Of a stretch of 64,000 bases of DNA, positions 24,600-38,640 are shown piece by piece. A model generated the notes under the pieces. It ran no database searches. It worked only from the letters and a program-made list of their open reading frames with translations, and was not told the origin of the DNA. The stretch spans positions 88,288,001-88,352,000 of the forward strand of contig OZ024740.1 in assembly GCA_964016885.1 (NCBI GenBank), given 5' to 3'. The stretch is from Eledone cirrhosa. Its lineage: Eukaryota. Position 1 is the first letter of the stretch, and each line of letters starts with the position of its first letter. Made by a program: the position numbers and the translations under genes.

Positions 24600-25593
24600 A
24601 TCGCCTAATTCGGTCCCTAGGGCATTGAAGATTTTTGCGCAAAAAACTCACAGGACCATAAGTATTACATGTGTAAAGTTTGAAAACAATCTGTTTTAGT
24701 GATCGGACAGACAGACATTATTCGTTTTAGATATATAGACTAGCAGAAAACCACCCGGTGGGCGGTTTTCTGCTAGCAAATCTAGTGTATATACTGATAT
24801 TGTTGAGATTTGGATGAGAAATGTATTCGGCACCACATGTTCATCGCCTCTCGGTGTGTCTTTTATGCATGTATAAATATATATGTTATCTATACGGTGA
24901 AATCTTTGAAATAAATATATGTTAAAACGAAAAAGGAGAAAATAAATAACTGGCGGTTAGAAAAAATATATTCCTATGAAATTTTAATCATGAATTATTT
25001 CGAATTTTTTCATGAAATTGAACACTGGATATTGGCTGCTGGAAATGGAAATTAAATCGTATTTAATTGTATTTAAATTTCTAACCTTATTTTATTATTT
25101 ATATGTTTTCAATAAGAAATAAAAAAAAAACAACAAAAAAATTGAAGAAAAAAATTGAACATATCAAACGTAGGTTATGGAACTGCGCAATCTGATTAAT
25201 AAATTACCTCATCCGCAGCAACCTTCTTCAAATGGTCCTTATTATCAGCAGCAACAACCACAAATTCAATGGCAACCTTCTTCGCATGGTGTCAAGTCAG
25301 AACCGCCTCGAACTCGTTACTTCTGGCTTGTGCAAGGTGTCTCTATAGCAATCAGCGATTCCCTCGGCCTCAGTGACCAAAGTCAGTGGAGAGGAGAAAG
25401 TAATGTTTCTATAAAGGAAGGGGAAGGTAGCACGTGTTTTAGCGTCTATTCACTCTCTCTCTCTACCTCTCTCCCTCCCGCTATCCCCCTCTCGTAGTCT
25501 GTCTCTTTCTTTCACTCTCACTCTCTCTCTACGCACGTGTTTCCACTGTCGGACAGACAGACAGAGAAATTGCTGGTTATATATATAAGTAGA
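24600..25593 (-). mobile_element. Tandem non-autonomous Helitron-like units (junction at 24739/24740; full unit 24740-25593)
   Basis: Same termini as 16749-17503. Internal segments are shared with 17507-17620 and 23262-23350. Confidence 0.65.
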
Positions 25594-25668
25594 TTAAGAT
25601 TTTAAATCCGAATCAAAATATTATTTAAAACTAACTTGGAAATACCAAAATAACGAACAAAATGGAAA

Positions 25669-26396
25669 GTCATGGAACGTCCGGGTCCAGTGATTGATCT
25701 CTTCGACTACATCACCTCTAATGGACACCCAGTGAGGATGTTAGCTGTCTTTTTTTCTCCCACATCGTATATATTGTTGTAAGCATTCACGAGGCTGGTG
25801 TTGTACATCGTAACATCAAGGATGAAAACATTTTAGTCGATATGAAAACTGGAATGCTAAAACTGATCGACTTCGGATCGGGTGCTCTCCTTAAGGATTC
25901 CGTCTAGAGGGAGTTTGACGGTACCAGAGTATCCATTCAATCGGAATGGATTCCAAACCTTAGCTACTAGGGGCGTACTGTCGGACGCCATGCTTTAACG
26001 CATAGAGTTATAGCCCTTTCCATTCTGAGTTCAAATCTCGCCAAGGTTAACTTTGCCTTTCATCCTTACGGGGTCGATAAAATAAAGTACCAGTAATATA
26101 CTGGGTTATTGCTGGCCTTGTGCCAAAAGTAGAAACAATTATTTGACATGGTCTGTGGTGTTATTCTATTTGGACGTGATGAACAAATAATAAAAGCTGA
26201 ACTTCAATTTAAGGATAAATCATCTAAAGATGTTAAAGATTTGATTCATAAATATTTGTCTGTCTCTCCATCTAATAGACACAGCTTGAAAGACATATTA
26301 AATCACAAATAATTGAAAGATATAACTCCGGTTGACATTGAAAAAATCAGTCTTGAACAACATCCATCTGTAGCTACAGCAGCTGGATGTATGTAA
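25669..26396 (+). pseudogene. PIM: Processed pseudogene of a PIM-family Ser/Thr kinase (C-lobe), interrupted by a SINE
   Basis: Manual translation: VMERPGPVIDLFDYIT...[56 protein letters not shown] [SINE] FDMVCGVILFGRDEQIIKA...DLIHKYLSVSPSNRHSLKDILNHK*. It has the PIM hinge ERPxP and [10 protein letters not shown] signatures, no introns, several stops and a frameshift. Confidence 0.88.
25980..26141 (+). mobile_element. SINE family A, slightly 5'-truncated, inside the PIM pseudogene
   Basis: GTCGGACGCCATGC...GAGTTCAAATCTCG...GTAGAAACAATTAT. Confidence 0.9.
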
Positions 26397-27331
26397 GAGA
26401 TGGCATACAAATATAATTACAACATCCTACTCGCATTAGGATTTAGTATTAAAATAACTCCCCCCAAAACAGAGCCACATCTGAATACAATGGTGTTCAT
26501 TCTGCTCAGAATGAATTCTCTGTGCATAAAATATATAACTGCGATATATATATAAAGCCAATATATAATATATATTCATATATACAACCCATTCATTCTT
26601 ATGTGTTGACCCAGACCTCAGACAAACTTGAAACAAAGGCAAAATGCTGATGATAATAAACCAAGGCCACTGGTTTACTTGCCACAAGTAAAATTACTGA
26701 AGTAATTTAGTTAGCTCTTGGAGACAAAGTGCTCTCCAAAAGCTCTTTTCAGTGAAAATATCAGGGCCCTTTTGCTGATTGACTACATTCTGACCCCACT
26801 CCATTTTTTTACCGAAGGGAATACAAGATTCTTGCTAATGTGTTTCTTTAGTTTCTTAGTGATGGGTACATGGACATGTTTAAAAACATTGCATATAGTT
26901 CATTAGTCTCTATGTAACTGCTCCAAATCCGGAAGGTTTTTTTTTTATAGATGATGTGCCTCTCATGTGTGAAAACCCTGTTGAGCCTGTGTGGTGCTAA
27001 ATATTGCATCATAGATATGCGGCCAACCAATGGAAGATTACTTTAGAGCCACTTTTTTCTTTATTCTTATGGCGCTTTTAACATATTTTATGTGGAGGCG
27101 CCTAGCTTAGTGTTAAATGTATTAGACTAAGGATCATAATGTCATTGGTTCAATTCCTGGACTGGGTTGTGTGAGGTGTTCTTGAGAAAAACACTTCATT
27201 TCACGTTGCTCCAGTATATTCAGCTGAAAATGAATACAGAGAGAAATAATGGATGGATTGGCGTCTTGTATTGTCAATCGCTTAACGCCAGGGTAACCGG
27301 TATAAGCACCGGCATCGAAACATACGTTACA

Positions 27332-27392
<61 letters not shown>

Positions 27393-27431
27393 TATATATA
27401 TATATTATATATATATATATATCTTATATCT

Positions 27432-27463
<32 letters not shown>

Positions 27464-27721
27464 TTGGCAATATACCATATGGTTAATTAAAAACATTTAG
27501 AAGACCATACGCTATCAGTTTTAAAGTAGTGACTATGTCACTTCTTTTCAGCGAAGAAAAAGAGAGAAGCTGACAGTCTGTTTCACGCTGGCTGGCGTTC
27601 ATCAGAGCCACGTACTACCTTGCCGTCACTGAAAATTATAGAAGCTGGATTCTTATAGAATTTCAGTAATAATCATGAGCTGATTATACAAGGCGATTGG
27701 CGGTCCAGCAAAAATTAGGTA

Positions 27722-28014
27722 TTAGGATTGGTGCTCTGAAATAGCGATGTATACATGAATGTATGTATAGTATATTTGGTAATATACCGTATGTTTAATT
27801 AAAAGAAGACCGGGGAGTACGTAGCTCTGATCATCGCCAACCAGCATGTTGCCAGTTTCTCTCCCTTTCTTCGCTGAAAAGAAGTGACATAGGCACTACT
27901 TTACAATTGATAGCGTATGGTCTTCTAAATGTTTTTTATTAAACATACGGTATATTGCTGCCAAATATACTATCCATACATTCATGTATACATCGCTATT
28001 TCAGAGTACCAATC

Positions 28015-28018
<4 letters not shown>
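27722..28018. mobile_element. Mariner-type MITE with ~80-bp TIRs; a partial inverted copy of its interior lies at 27460-27575
   Basis: TA|TTAGGATTGGTGCTCTGAAATAGCGATGTATACATGAATG...CATTCATGTATACATCGCTATTTCAGAGTACCAATCCTAA|TA. Confidence 0.75.
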
Positions 28019-28492
<474 letters not shown>

Positions 28493-28821
28493 GAGACAGG
28501 GAGAGAAAGAGAGAGAGAAAGAGAGAGAGGGAGAGAGAGAAATGTATGTGTAAGCGGTAGGTAACTTGATTGAAAAGAACGGGAATAAATGAAGATGAGA
28601 AAGGGTGGCGGGTAAAATAAGAATGGGGAAGAGACATATTGAAAGATGGGTTAAAGGGGAGATAAGGAGAGAAAAACGATAATTTGGCAGAAAATGAGAT
28701 TGAAAGAAGATGAATAAGAAAAGATTAATCAGTAGCATATACATATATGAAGAAAAATCCAGGCATACACACACAAATTCACCCACACCCACAAACAAGT
28801 GAGCGAGAGAGAGAAAGCGAT

Positions 28822-28986
<165 letters not shown>

Positions 28987-29064
28987 GATTAACAGGTACA
29001 CGAATAGATATGAGATAGCAAGGAAACCGAAATAAATACACAGCTATATATAGAGATAGATACA

Positions 29065-30003
29065 TTTCTTTATTAGCCACAAGTGCACAAAAGAAGGGAA
29101 CAAATACAAATGGGGAGTTTACATACAGGTATATGAAAATAAAACTATTAATACAATAACAAATAAAAATTGAAATCCCCAATACCGAGGAGGTGTTACA
29201 CAGGGGTTGTACACACCCCGAAAAAATGTACAACCCTAATCTCCAGAAGCACCAAGAGTGAGTAGTCCCTTCCTTTCTTCCTCTTTCTCCTCAACCTACA
29301 GGCTTATATAGAGAGAAGGCCCAACCACTCCGGCCATCTTTGCCACATTTACCCACCTTTTATAAAATTTGCTGGGGTACAACACCTCTCTCTCCATCCT
29401 GATTCTTCTTCCAAAATGATATTTGAAAAAACGAATCAGTTGCTCGCCGGAGAGAAAGGTGTCTGACCTCAGCCCTTTTAACCTCGTCCACCATAGCCAT
29501 AACACATAGGAAAACCGCCTCTCCCGCGTTTTTGAAGGAGGGTGGCGGTTAGATCATGACAATGGACTCGGTGGTCAACTGGATTGGTCCCACCCACGAC
29601 AAAAGTCGTTCTACATAGCCCCACAGGTCGGTAACGCCCGGGCAGTGTACAAATGCGTGCGCGACGGTTTCCTCGTCGTGCACGCATCTCGGACAGATCT
29701 TTTTCGAAGGGTCCCTACCCGGGCGCTCGTCCCTGTAGAGCTTGTTTCGAACTGGTAGAGCTCCTCGGTAGCACTGCCAGGCCAGGGACTTTGGGAAGTT
29801 GTCCATTGGTCCCGGGCGGAAGGTCCTACCGAACAGACTGGCCAGTTCGTCCTCCTCTACGCCTAGAGTTTCTCCGAGCGTGACGTCGCACTTGCTGCGG
29901 ACCAACCCTCTATAGAATGTCGAAGTGGAGTCTCCACTGATCGCCGGGTCCGTTTGCCAGAGGACTGTGAGCGCCTGAGCACATTCGATATGCCAGTCGC
30001 CCA
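29065..30003 (-). mobile_element. Tx1/L1-clade LINE 3' fragment (copy D, same subfamily as copy A)
   Basis: ORFs 29549..30031 and 29296..29505 (CPRCVHDEETVAHAFVHC...GPSLYISL). The 3' UTR closely matches 4893-5124, and both flanks have GATAGATA. Confidence 0.9.
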
Positions 30004-30048
30004 TATATAGAGATAGATAAATAGCTAACAAGTTATATATATATATAT

Positions 30049-30568
30049 ATAAAGAATTAGTATATCTACCAACATATATATACAGATGTATACTTATGCT
30101 AGCAAATATAGGTATACATCTGTATATATATGTTGGTAGATATACTAATTCTTTATAATTTTCTCCAAATTATTTTGTTGAGCAAAAATTTGCCAAAACT
30201 ACTGCTATGCTTCATAGTAATAGCCAGGCTAGTGTCTTATTAGCACCCTCACTCCTCACTGATTGACCTCGATGTCACGTGATTGATTCTTTTGAATTCG
30301 CCACCGACTAAGTAGGCAGTGATTTTTTCAATGTCCTGGAATTTAGTCCTCGCTTGCTTTTTTCCATCCACTGAATTATTTTTGTATAAGTTCCCTGTGT
30401 TCACGCTTTGCCTGGGAACTTAGCTGAGAACAGATCTCCCTGATGACGAAAGGATATTTCTCCATGTTGTTCCAATCGGAAACCATGTTTATTCCCTTTC
30501 AGAAACTAATTAGTTGGAGTGAAATTTTAGTAAGTAAGTCAATTTTTATAATTTTCTTATTTTACGTC

Positions 30569-30572
<4 letters not shown>
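30049..30572. repeat. Diverged single copy of the ~520-bp unit seen at 54919-56520, with a ~110-bp terminal palindrome (30049-30156)
   Basis: Shared CACTGATTGACCTCGATGTCACGTG, TCCACTGAATTATTTTT and CAGAAACTAATTAGTTGGA...TTTTACGTCT. Confidence 0.75.
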
Positions 30573-30640
<68 letters not shown>

Positions 30641-30641
30641 T

Positions 30642-30672
<31 letters not shown>

Positions 30673-31258
30673 GTGTGTGTGTGATGTGTAGTTAGCTAGT
30701 TATTTAGATAGATATTGAATGAGTGTAAAAAAGGAGGGAAAAAAGAGTGAATGGGAGAGGCGGAAGCTGAGTCATAAACGAAGATTTGTTTGTTTATGTA
30801 GAAGTGTCATTGAAAGAGGGGAAGGGGAGGGAAAGAGAGAGGGGAAGAGAGAGGGGAAGAGAGAAGGACAGAGAGAGGGAGAGAGAGAGGAAGAGAGAGA
30901 GAGGCAGAGAGAGGGTGAGAGAAATGGATGCGAGTACGATATATTCTAAGGCTGATAGCTTAATGGCCATTCCTAAGTGATCAATGGCTGGCTGTATACA
31001 GATGGTTGGAGGCAGCAGCTATAATGATCAGACGTTGTCCATCAGTGGTTTACACACTAACGCCCCTCCCCACACACATATATATATATAACATACGCAC
31101 ACACACACACACACACAATTCTATAAATCAATCACTCGTTCAATCAATCTATCTATATATCTATCTATCTAACAATCTATTTATCTGTTTATCTCTCTCT
31201 CTCTCCCTCTCTCTCTGTATATATATACATCTATATATACATACACACACACACATAT

Positions 31259-31342
<84 letters not shown>

Positions 31343-31384
31343 CATATATAGACACATATATATATACATACATACATACATACA

Positions 31385-31433
<49 letters not shown>

Positions 31434-31575
31434 CGAAGGAAATGTGGTAAGGAACCAGGTGGACCATAACGCACCAAAGTACTCAATACTTAGGGTAGTA
31501 GAATGGGTAATAGGAACGAGTAGGACCCCGACAGCTGAGCTCAAGCTGTTTCGACGGCTAATTCAGGTCCAGAAT

Positions 31576-31651
<76 letters not shown>

Positions 31652-31725
31652 TATATATACACACATATATATATATGTATATATATATACACATATATAT
31701 ATACACACATATATATATACATACA

Positions 31726-31772
<47 letters not shown>

Positions 31773-32289
31773 GTATGTATATATATGTATATATATACAC
31801 ACACTATTCCCTTGGATGATTTTCAAATATTAGTCTCATTATTTGCAACTAGGGAGTAAGGTTGAATAAAATCTCTGGTGTTAGATTGAAGCTAATCGAA
31901 GACAGAGTAGAGGATGAGGAGGGTGTATTAAGGAAGAGAAAGAGAAGATGAAGTACTACATTAAGATTACTACATACTACCAAACACTAATCACAAACCA
32001 CCACCAAATACCATCATAACTAATGCCACATCCAGCAATACTCACGCTATAACTATTACCACCACAAACCAACATAACGCTGGAGATAACGACAACGGTG
32101 TTGATGACTACTACTCCCACTCCATCACCACCACAACCAACATTACCACGACGACGACCATCAACACCACCACTGCCAACATTACTACCACAAACATCAT
32201 CACCTCCACCACCGCTGCCCAACCGACAACATAACCTACTACTACTACTTCTACTACAACTACTACTACAAATAATGATAATAGCAAAT

Positions 32290-32458
32290 TTGAAAGAGAG
32301 GAAGTCGATTAAATCGACTCCAGTGCGTGACTGGTACTTTATTTTATCGACTCCGTAAGGATGAAAAGTAAAGCTAACATCGGCGGGATTTGAACGCAGA
32401 AAGTAAAGAGATGTAACTCTATGCTGTAAAACATTTTGTCCGACGATCTACCGATACT
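32290..32458 (-). mobile_element. SINE family A variant
   Basis: CTGGTACTTTATTTTATCGACTCCGTAAGGATGAAAAGTAAAGCTAACATCGGCGGGATTTGAAC. Confidence 0.8.
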
Positions 32459-32464
32459 AAGGTT

Positions 32465-34130
32465 TACTCACCTCCCGGGGGCTTGTGCTTCGACCTCCAT
32501 AGTTGGTGGAGCTACTTTTAGGGAACCCCTTTAAAAGCCTACTCGGGGCTTTCACATTTACTGTGCTCGCGTCGTCTAGGAAGCTCTTCCTAATATTGTA
32601 TTCACACCATCAGCAGTGTTTGGGTACTTTGAAAGGTACTAAAAATCTCCCCTTTGTCTGCTTGTTGGTGTGTGTGAAGATGTATTATTATTTTCTTTAA
32701 TGCTTTAGGGCGGTGGATTGGCAGTATCGGTAGATGGTCGGACGTTATGCTTTCCAGTATAGTTACGTCCCTTTACGATCTGAGTTCAAATCCAGCCGAG
32801 GTTGACTTTGCCTTTCATCCTACGGGGTCGATAAAATAAAGTACCAGTAATGCACTGGGTAATTGCTGGCCTTGTGCCTAAAGTAGAAACAATTATTTTC
32901 TTTATTGCTTTTTTTGGTTTTTGGTGTTCCCCATCATCTTCACTTGGAGATGAGTAGGAACTGATGTCTGGGGACTCTGCGTCAGAGGGAAGTGGGAATA
33001 TGTTTACGCTTGTGTGAGTGTAGGTCTCTTTGTGTGTGTGTTTGAAAGAGGAGGAGAAGGAAGCTTGTGTGGATAGTGGTTTTAATGGTCTTTTTGGTGT
33101 TGCCGGTGATGTTGTTTCCTTTGCTGGTGCTGGTGCTGGTGCTGGTGCTGGTGTTGTCTTTTTCTCCCGGCAACGGTCTTAGCAGCAACGTAGATTTATG
33201 ACACCCTGCAATTTTCAGCTGGGGGCAAAAGGTTCGAGGGTGTGTGGCTTCCCCATAAACGAAACTGCAGCCATTTGCCCTCCGTGACTACCTGGATTTC
33301 ATACACCACCGGTAGTTTCATGTGTTCCAGGATAGTTTTGAGGGTGTCAGGGCCCTCAGCCGCCACGTATCTCAGGAACCACCATAAGTCCATTCATGGC
33401 GGAATCCTGTGAGCACAGACCCTTACTGCCCACCCCATCATGTAGGTCAGGAACATGATTATTTGGTCCGTTTTGCAGGGACCACAGAATGCTTGATAAC
33501 AAGGGCATCAGTTTTGTTGAGCACCAAGATGCTCCCAAATATTTGGCTCTTTCTATATGCTCTATGTCATTATTGATGCATTTTTCTAGCTGTCCTTCAG
33601 ATGCTGTCTCGGCTTTTTGAGATTTCTCTGAAATGCCTCCATATTTCAGTGTTCTCCTCTCATTTGCTGCCATCACCACCGTCGGAAATTTTAAGTTGGC
33701 CGAAGTCTTTTCTCTGGTTACAATTTTTTCCGCCTGGACCAAACGTTTATTCTTTTATGTTAAGTCGAAATTGTATAGCGTTTGACTCTTACCGCTGTGA
33801 CAGCGAAAGTACTCCTGTTTACATTGTTGGTGCTGTTGTTGTTGTTGTCGTCCTTTTTGGTGCTGCCTTTCATTGTTGCTGATAGTGTTGTCGTTGTTCA
33901 TGTTGTTGTTAGTGTTGTCGTTGTTGGCGTTGTTGGCGTTTTTGCGGTTGTTATTTGTGCTGTTGTCATTTTTTTTTCTCATTAGTGTCTGCACTGTTGT
34001 TGTTACTCTCGTTGCTTTTGTTGATGTTGCTGCTGTTGGCGGTAATGGCTAATGGTTGGGGGAGGGACTGTGTTACTCCGTTTGACGTTTAAATCACTGT
34101 CACTTGACAGCTGACTTAACGGGAGAGGCG
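32465..34130 (-). pseudogene. ORF1-only remnant of a related Tx1-clade LINE, interrupted by a SINE at 32707-32896
   Basis: IQVVTEGKWLQFRL(C)G knuckle-like segment, T/N-rich linkers and C-terminal RKSFLDDASTVNVKAPSRLLKGFP. These resemble HISAE.RRPHCFKC and KEKFSQDVGDPCQKPINRVLLKCFP in 6960-8095. Confidence 0.55.
32707..32896 (+). mobile_element. SINE family A, full length, with ~20-bp TSD (ATTATTTTCTTTA.TGCTTT)
   Basis: A and B boxes intact; direct repeat on both sides. Confidence 0.9.
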
Positions 34131-34356
34131 AGTCTCGTCTATGATTCTTTTGAGGAAAAGAAATAAAAAATAAAATAAAATTTAAATATTTAGGCCCAGA
34201 TGTCCAAATATTATGGGGTCGCCTTTATATAGTGCAAAGCGGGTACCTTATGAAAACCTTTGTCGCAAAATTTAATTCAATGCAAAAACTTAAAAATTAT
34301 CCAACTCATGGAACTCACAAAAACACGTCTTCACAGTCCGACAACCAATAATAATA

Positions 34357-35128
34357 ATAATTGTTTCTACTTTTGGCACAAGGCCAGTAATTACCCAGTA
34401 AGGATGAAAGGCAAAGTTAACCTCGGCGTGATTTGAACTCAGATCATAAAGGGCCGTAACTATATGCTGCAAAGCATAGAGTTACTCCAATAATAAATAT
34501 TGTTTCTACTTTAGGCACAAGGCCGGCAATTACCCAGTGCATTACTGGTACTTTATTTTATCGACCCCGTACGGATGAAAGGCAAAGTTAACCTCGGCGG
34601 GATTTGAACTCAGTCCGTAAAGGGACGTAACTATGCTGGAAAGCATGGCGTCTGACCCTCTACCGATACTGCCAATTCACCGCCCTTTAATAATAATTGT
34701 TTCTACTTTAGGCACAAGGCCAGCAATTATCCAGTACATTACTGGTACTTTATTTTATCGACCCCGTAAGGATGAAAGGCAAAGTTAATCTTAATAATAA
34801 CCAATAATAATAATTGTTTCTACTTTAGGCACAAGGCCAGCAATTATCCCAGTGCATTATTGGTGCTTCATTTTATCGACCCCGTAAGGATGAAAGGCAA
34901 AATAATAAAATAATGATTTCTACTATAGACACAAGACCAGCAATTTGGGGAGGGGAAAGTCGATTCAATCGAACCCAGTGCATTACTAGTGCTTTATTTT
35001 ATCGACCCTGTAAGGATAAAAGGCAAAGCTAACCTCGGTGGGATTTGAACTCAGAACGTAGAGGGCCGTCACTCTATGCCGCGAATCAGGTTGTCCGACA
35101 TTCTCCCAATTCTGCCAATCCACCATCC
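34357..35128 (-). mobile_element. Cluster of five same-orientation SINE A copies (~34357-34488, 34497-34686, 34693-34790, 34810-34900, 34912-35128) separated by (TAA)n
   Basis: Repeated TTGTTTCTACTTTAGGCACAAGGCC...AGGATGAAAGGCAAA. Confidence 0.88.
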
Positions 35129-35479
35129 CAATAATAATAACGATAATATAATTCTGCTTGGCTTGCGAAAAACAATTGTTCCTCAGAGAAACAAGAACCT
35201 AGCGGTAATTGTGACATAATCTTAAAGTAAACAAGAAAACTGAAAAAAAAAAGTATTTTCACAGAAAATTAAATTTTCTTGCTTATAGGCAAAAATCTGA
35301 TCTTTGATACAGGCAAGATAACATACGGACATCGTTCTATGACATTAAACATCATCAGCGATACATAGTCTTTTCAAGCCTGAATCGATCAATGGACGCA
35401 GTTTTACAGTTGTTGTGGTAGTTGTATACCTCAGTGAGTAAACTTCATCCATCATAGCAATGGTACGGGATTTGTCTCT

Positions 35480-35960
35480 CCTTGCTATTTTGTTCCAAAC
35501 CGGCATAATTCGAATAATCAAAATATCCAAATGCATTACAGCCATGACTATCACGTCTTGTTCTCAGGGTTATTGTACTATTTGCTTAAATCATCCAGTG
35601 TACTTTTGGAGGTGTCGCGGGAAGAAAAAAGCTTGAAGGTCTGTTATGGACTGATGACATGTGACATCAAAGTTTCTTGACACAATCAATTCATATATTG
35701 CTGGATTATCTTCTGGGTCTTGGTCAGACATCTTGGTGCTATAAGCAAGAGGGTTTAGTTGGTAGGTGGACATTTTTGTGACGTGTCCGAAATATCCTAC
35801 TCTTTCTTTGTAGTCTCTTACGATGGATTAATGTTGTCCCAACCATTCTCTTGATACTATATCATCTGGTCTTGTTGACAGCTTTTCTCAGGCAGTTCAT
35901 CTCTCTTACATCTATCGTAGAACAAGATATATATTTCATTTGTCGACGGTAAAATCAGAC
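35480..35960 (-). mobile_element. Highly decayed LINE 3' remnant (RTE/L2-like)
   Basis: Minus-strand fragment RDYKERVGYFGHVTKM followed by a frameshifted RPRR-like segment, resembling the RL.YFGHV.RM...RPRGRP motif. Confidence 0.45.
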
Positions 35961-36487
35961 ATACCTTTCCTCTGCCAACGGCGTCACCGAATCAATCTAT
36001 TTATTCATTTACTCTAAAGCGAGATCTATTTCTCACCGACCTATGATTATCATCGGATCTACTTTTCACCTGCCTACACAGAAACCAGACATATCTACCA
36101 CAAACATATGCTAAAGCCTACCACATATACACGAACGGTAAAATAATATATCATGACCAAATATTTGAGAGGTTTATTTCACAATAATTAGGTCCAGGGT
36201 TTCGATAATATTTCTTGGTTTTGTCAGCAAGTTTCTACAGTTTTCTGTGAGCCCAAGCATTAGTAGTTACATTTCATTACTATTGAAATCATTTGAAAGC
36301 TCATCTAATACACGCTGAGTCTGTTTGAGGATTACGTTAATGATACAGAGTGTTTGTAAAATTCCCAAACCCTTAGAGCAAGAGGTTGTATTGATTAAAC
36401 AGTTGAAGTATTTGTTATCAACAGAGATGTAATGTTGATTTACTACTTCTACACACACACACTTATATATATAAATGTGTATGTGTA

Positions 36488-36636
<149 letters not shown>

Positions 36637-36662
36637 ATCAACCTCTCATCTCTGTTGATGAC

Positions 36663-36693
<31 letters not shown>

Positions 36694-37159
36694 TAATTAA
36701 TATTATCTTCTTAATTGAAGTTTTAGTGTTTATTTTGACCGGCTGCTTAATCATTGTTCAGAAAACAGATTAATGAAATGCGTACACATACACAGATACA
36801 TACATACGTGTTTACTCACACACACAAACATTCACACACACACACACTATCTTGTTCTTTTCGTCAGTTTACAATCAATATAGGCTATATAAAACTCCAA
36901 ACACAGAGGACGCTTTAGCAAACGTTGCCAACTTCGAGAAAATGTCCCGAGATAGTTATTCCAACTGATGTGCCATGTATTAGCCAGAACAATCTGGAAT
37001 AACAAGATAACAGGCAATAAAAATGAACACATTGAAACTTGTGGGTCAAAGTAGTATTGATGGGACATAAAAATAAAAACACAACAGATTTATACTGAAG
37101 CTGATCCGATATTGTTACAGCCACAATTAAAAGGAAGAACAAAAAAACACGATCTCTTT

Positions 37160-37582
37160 ACCTATCAGCTATTCACTAAGCGTAAATGGTGTAACAACGT
37201 ACAGGAGAAAAAAAGACATTATTTGGACACCCGTGAATTTACATTTCAGTGGATGGCATCTCCAGCAAGCGTCATTTAAGATAACCTCAAGTCCACAAAA
37301 GGCTTGAGTGAAACTGGACAGACGGAAACAGTTTGAAGGTCCTTTGGATAGATTATACCAGTTATTCAAATGGTCGGCTTGGACTTTATCATCATGTGCT
37401 CGTTGGTGTGAATTCAAGGAAACACTCAAAGGCCACACAATAGGGCACACAGGGCATTTGAATGCCAACGCGGGATAAGATTCATCATTATTACTGTTGG
37501 TCTCATTCTACAGCACTTTACTTTTCAGTTCTGCATGTTTCACCCTCTCCATTTCAAGTGCTTTAACACCATTCCAAATGGC
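37160..37582 (-). mobile_element. Decayed RTE LINE 3' fragment with C2H2 finger
   Basis: WNGVKALEMERVKHAELK...FKCPVCPIVWPLSVSLNSHQRAH parallels YEGKVAFEASRIAYEKVK...LTCSVCARLCLSKAGLESHLRSH of the 42680..44254 ORF. It abuts (CATA)n. Confidence 0.6.
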
Positions 37583-38375
37583 ATACATACATAGATGCAT
37601 AAATACGTACGTACGTACATACATACATAAATACATACATACATACATATATACATACACATCAGTCAGTCAGTCAACGTGATCAGTCGCATATTTTGGT
37701 GTGGGAGACTATTCATTAAATTTAAGATGAATACTATCTCCGACAGTAATGCCACAACTACCAGTCATGTTGAATAACTGGGTATTCTTCTAACTATATC
37801 CTCCGAAGACACCTTTTATTCGAATTCGTAGAGATACCCGACTAAATACATAATTCATTTTTCAAGGATTTGCTACAAGCAGCATAGCTGAACACAACAT
37901 CAACAACAACAACATTAGTGGAATACCGAAGAAAAACGAGAAAGGTAAACTCAATTTATTCAGTTGTAGCTACAGAAGAAACCGAAATTATAAATCGCAC
38001 TTCTCTTGGAGTTGCGAACTTAATATTTGTTTCTACTTTTGGCACAAGGCCAGCAATTATTACAGTGCATTACTGGTACTTTATTTTAAGTTGCGAATTT
38101 AATATTGATTTATTTAATTGTTATAAAATGGCTATATGAACAGAATGAAGCTACACTGAGACGAAATACACCCAGAGCTAAATCACTTCACAGGGAAACA
38201 ATTACGCCAACAAGCAATGTTTGTTGAACGTAAAAATAAGATAAATATTATTAATTGTAAGTCTCCCACAACAAACATGGAGTCAACAACACGTGCTACA
38301 GGTCGCCATGCTACTAGACTTCCTAGTAGCCAGGTTTAACAGTGCCTTGAAACAACTATGCCTGTAAGAAATTTG

Positions 38376-38640
38376 ACACCATGTGTACCCTCTAAGTCTA
38401 CCTCGAATGCTGGGGAAAACACTATCGATAATAATAATAATCGAAGAAATAATAATAATAATCTAAGAAATTTGACACCACGTGTACCATCTGAGTCTAC
38501 CTGGAATGGTGGAGAAAACACTATGGATAATAATAATAGTCGAAGAAATAATAATAATAATAGAAGAAATTTGACACCACGTGTACCATCCGAGTCTACC
38601 TCGACTGTTGTGGAAACTACTATCGATAATGATAATAATC
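38376..38640 (+). repeat. Three ~90-bp tandem repeats coding RNLTPRVPSEST..GENT.DNNN.RRNNNNN in the R4 N-terminal region
   Basis: ORF 38358..38798 and repeated AAGAAATTTGACACCACGTGTACC. Confidence 0.85.

Noticed and set aside
31980-32280. Pro/Thr-rich and His-rich ORFs (also 50993-51223 and 59879-60085)
   Set aside because: They are degenerate (CAC/CAT/CAA)n trinucleotide tracts with no domain or splice support.
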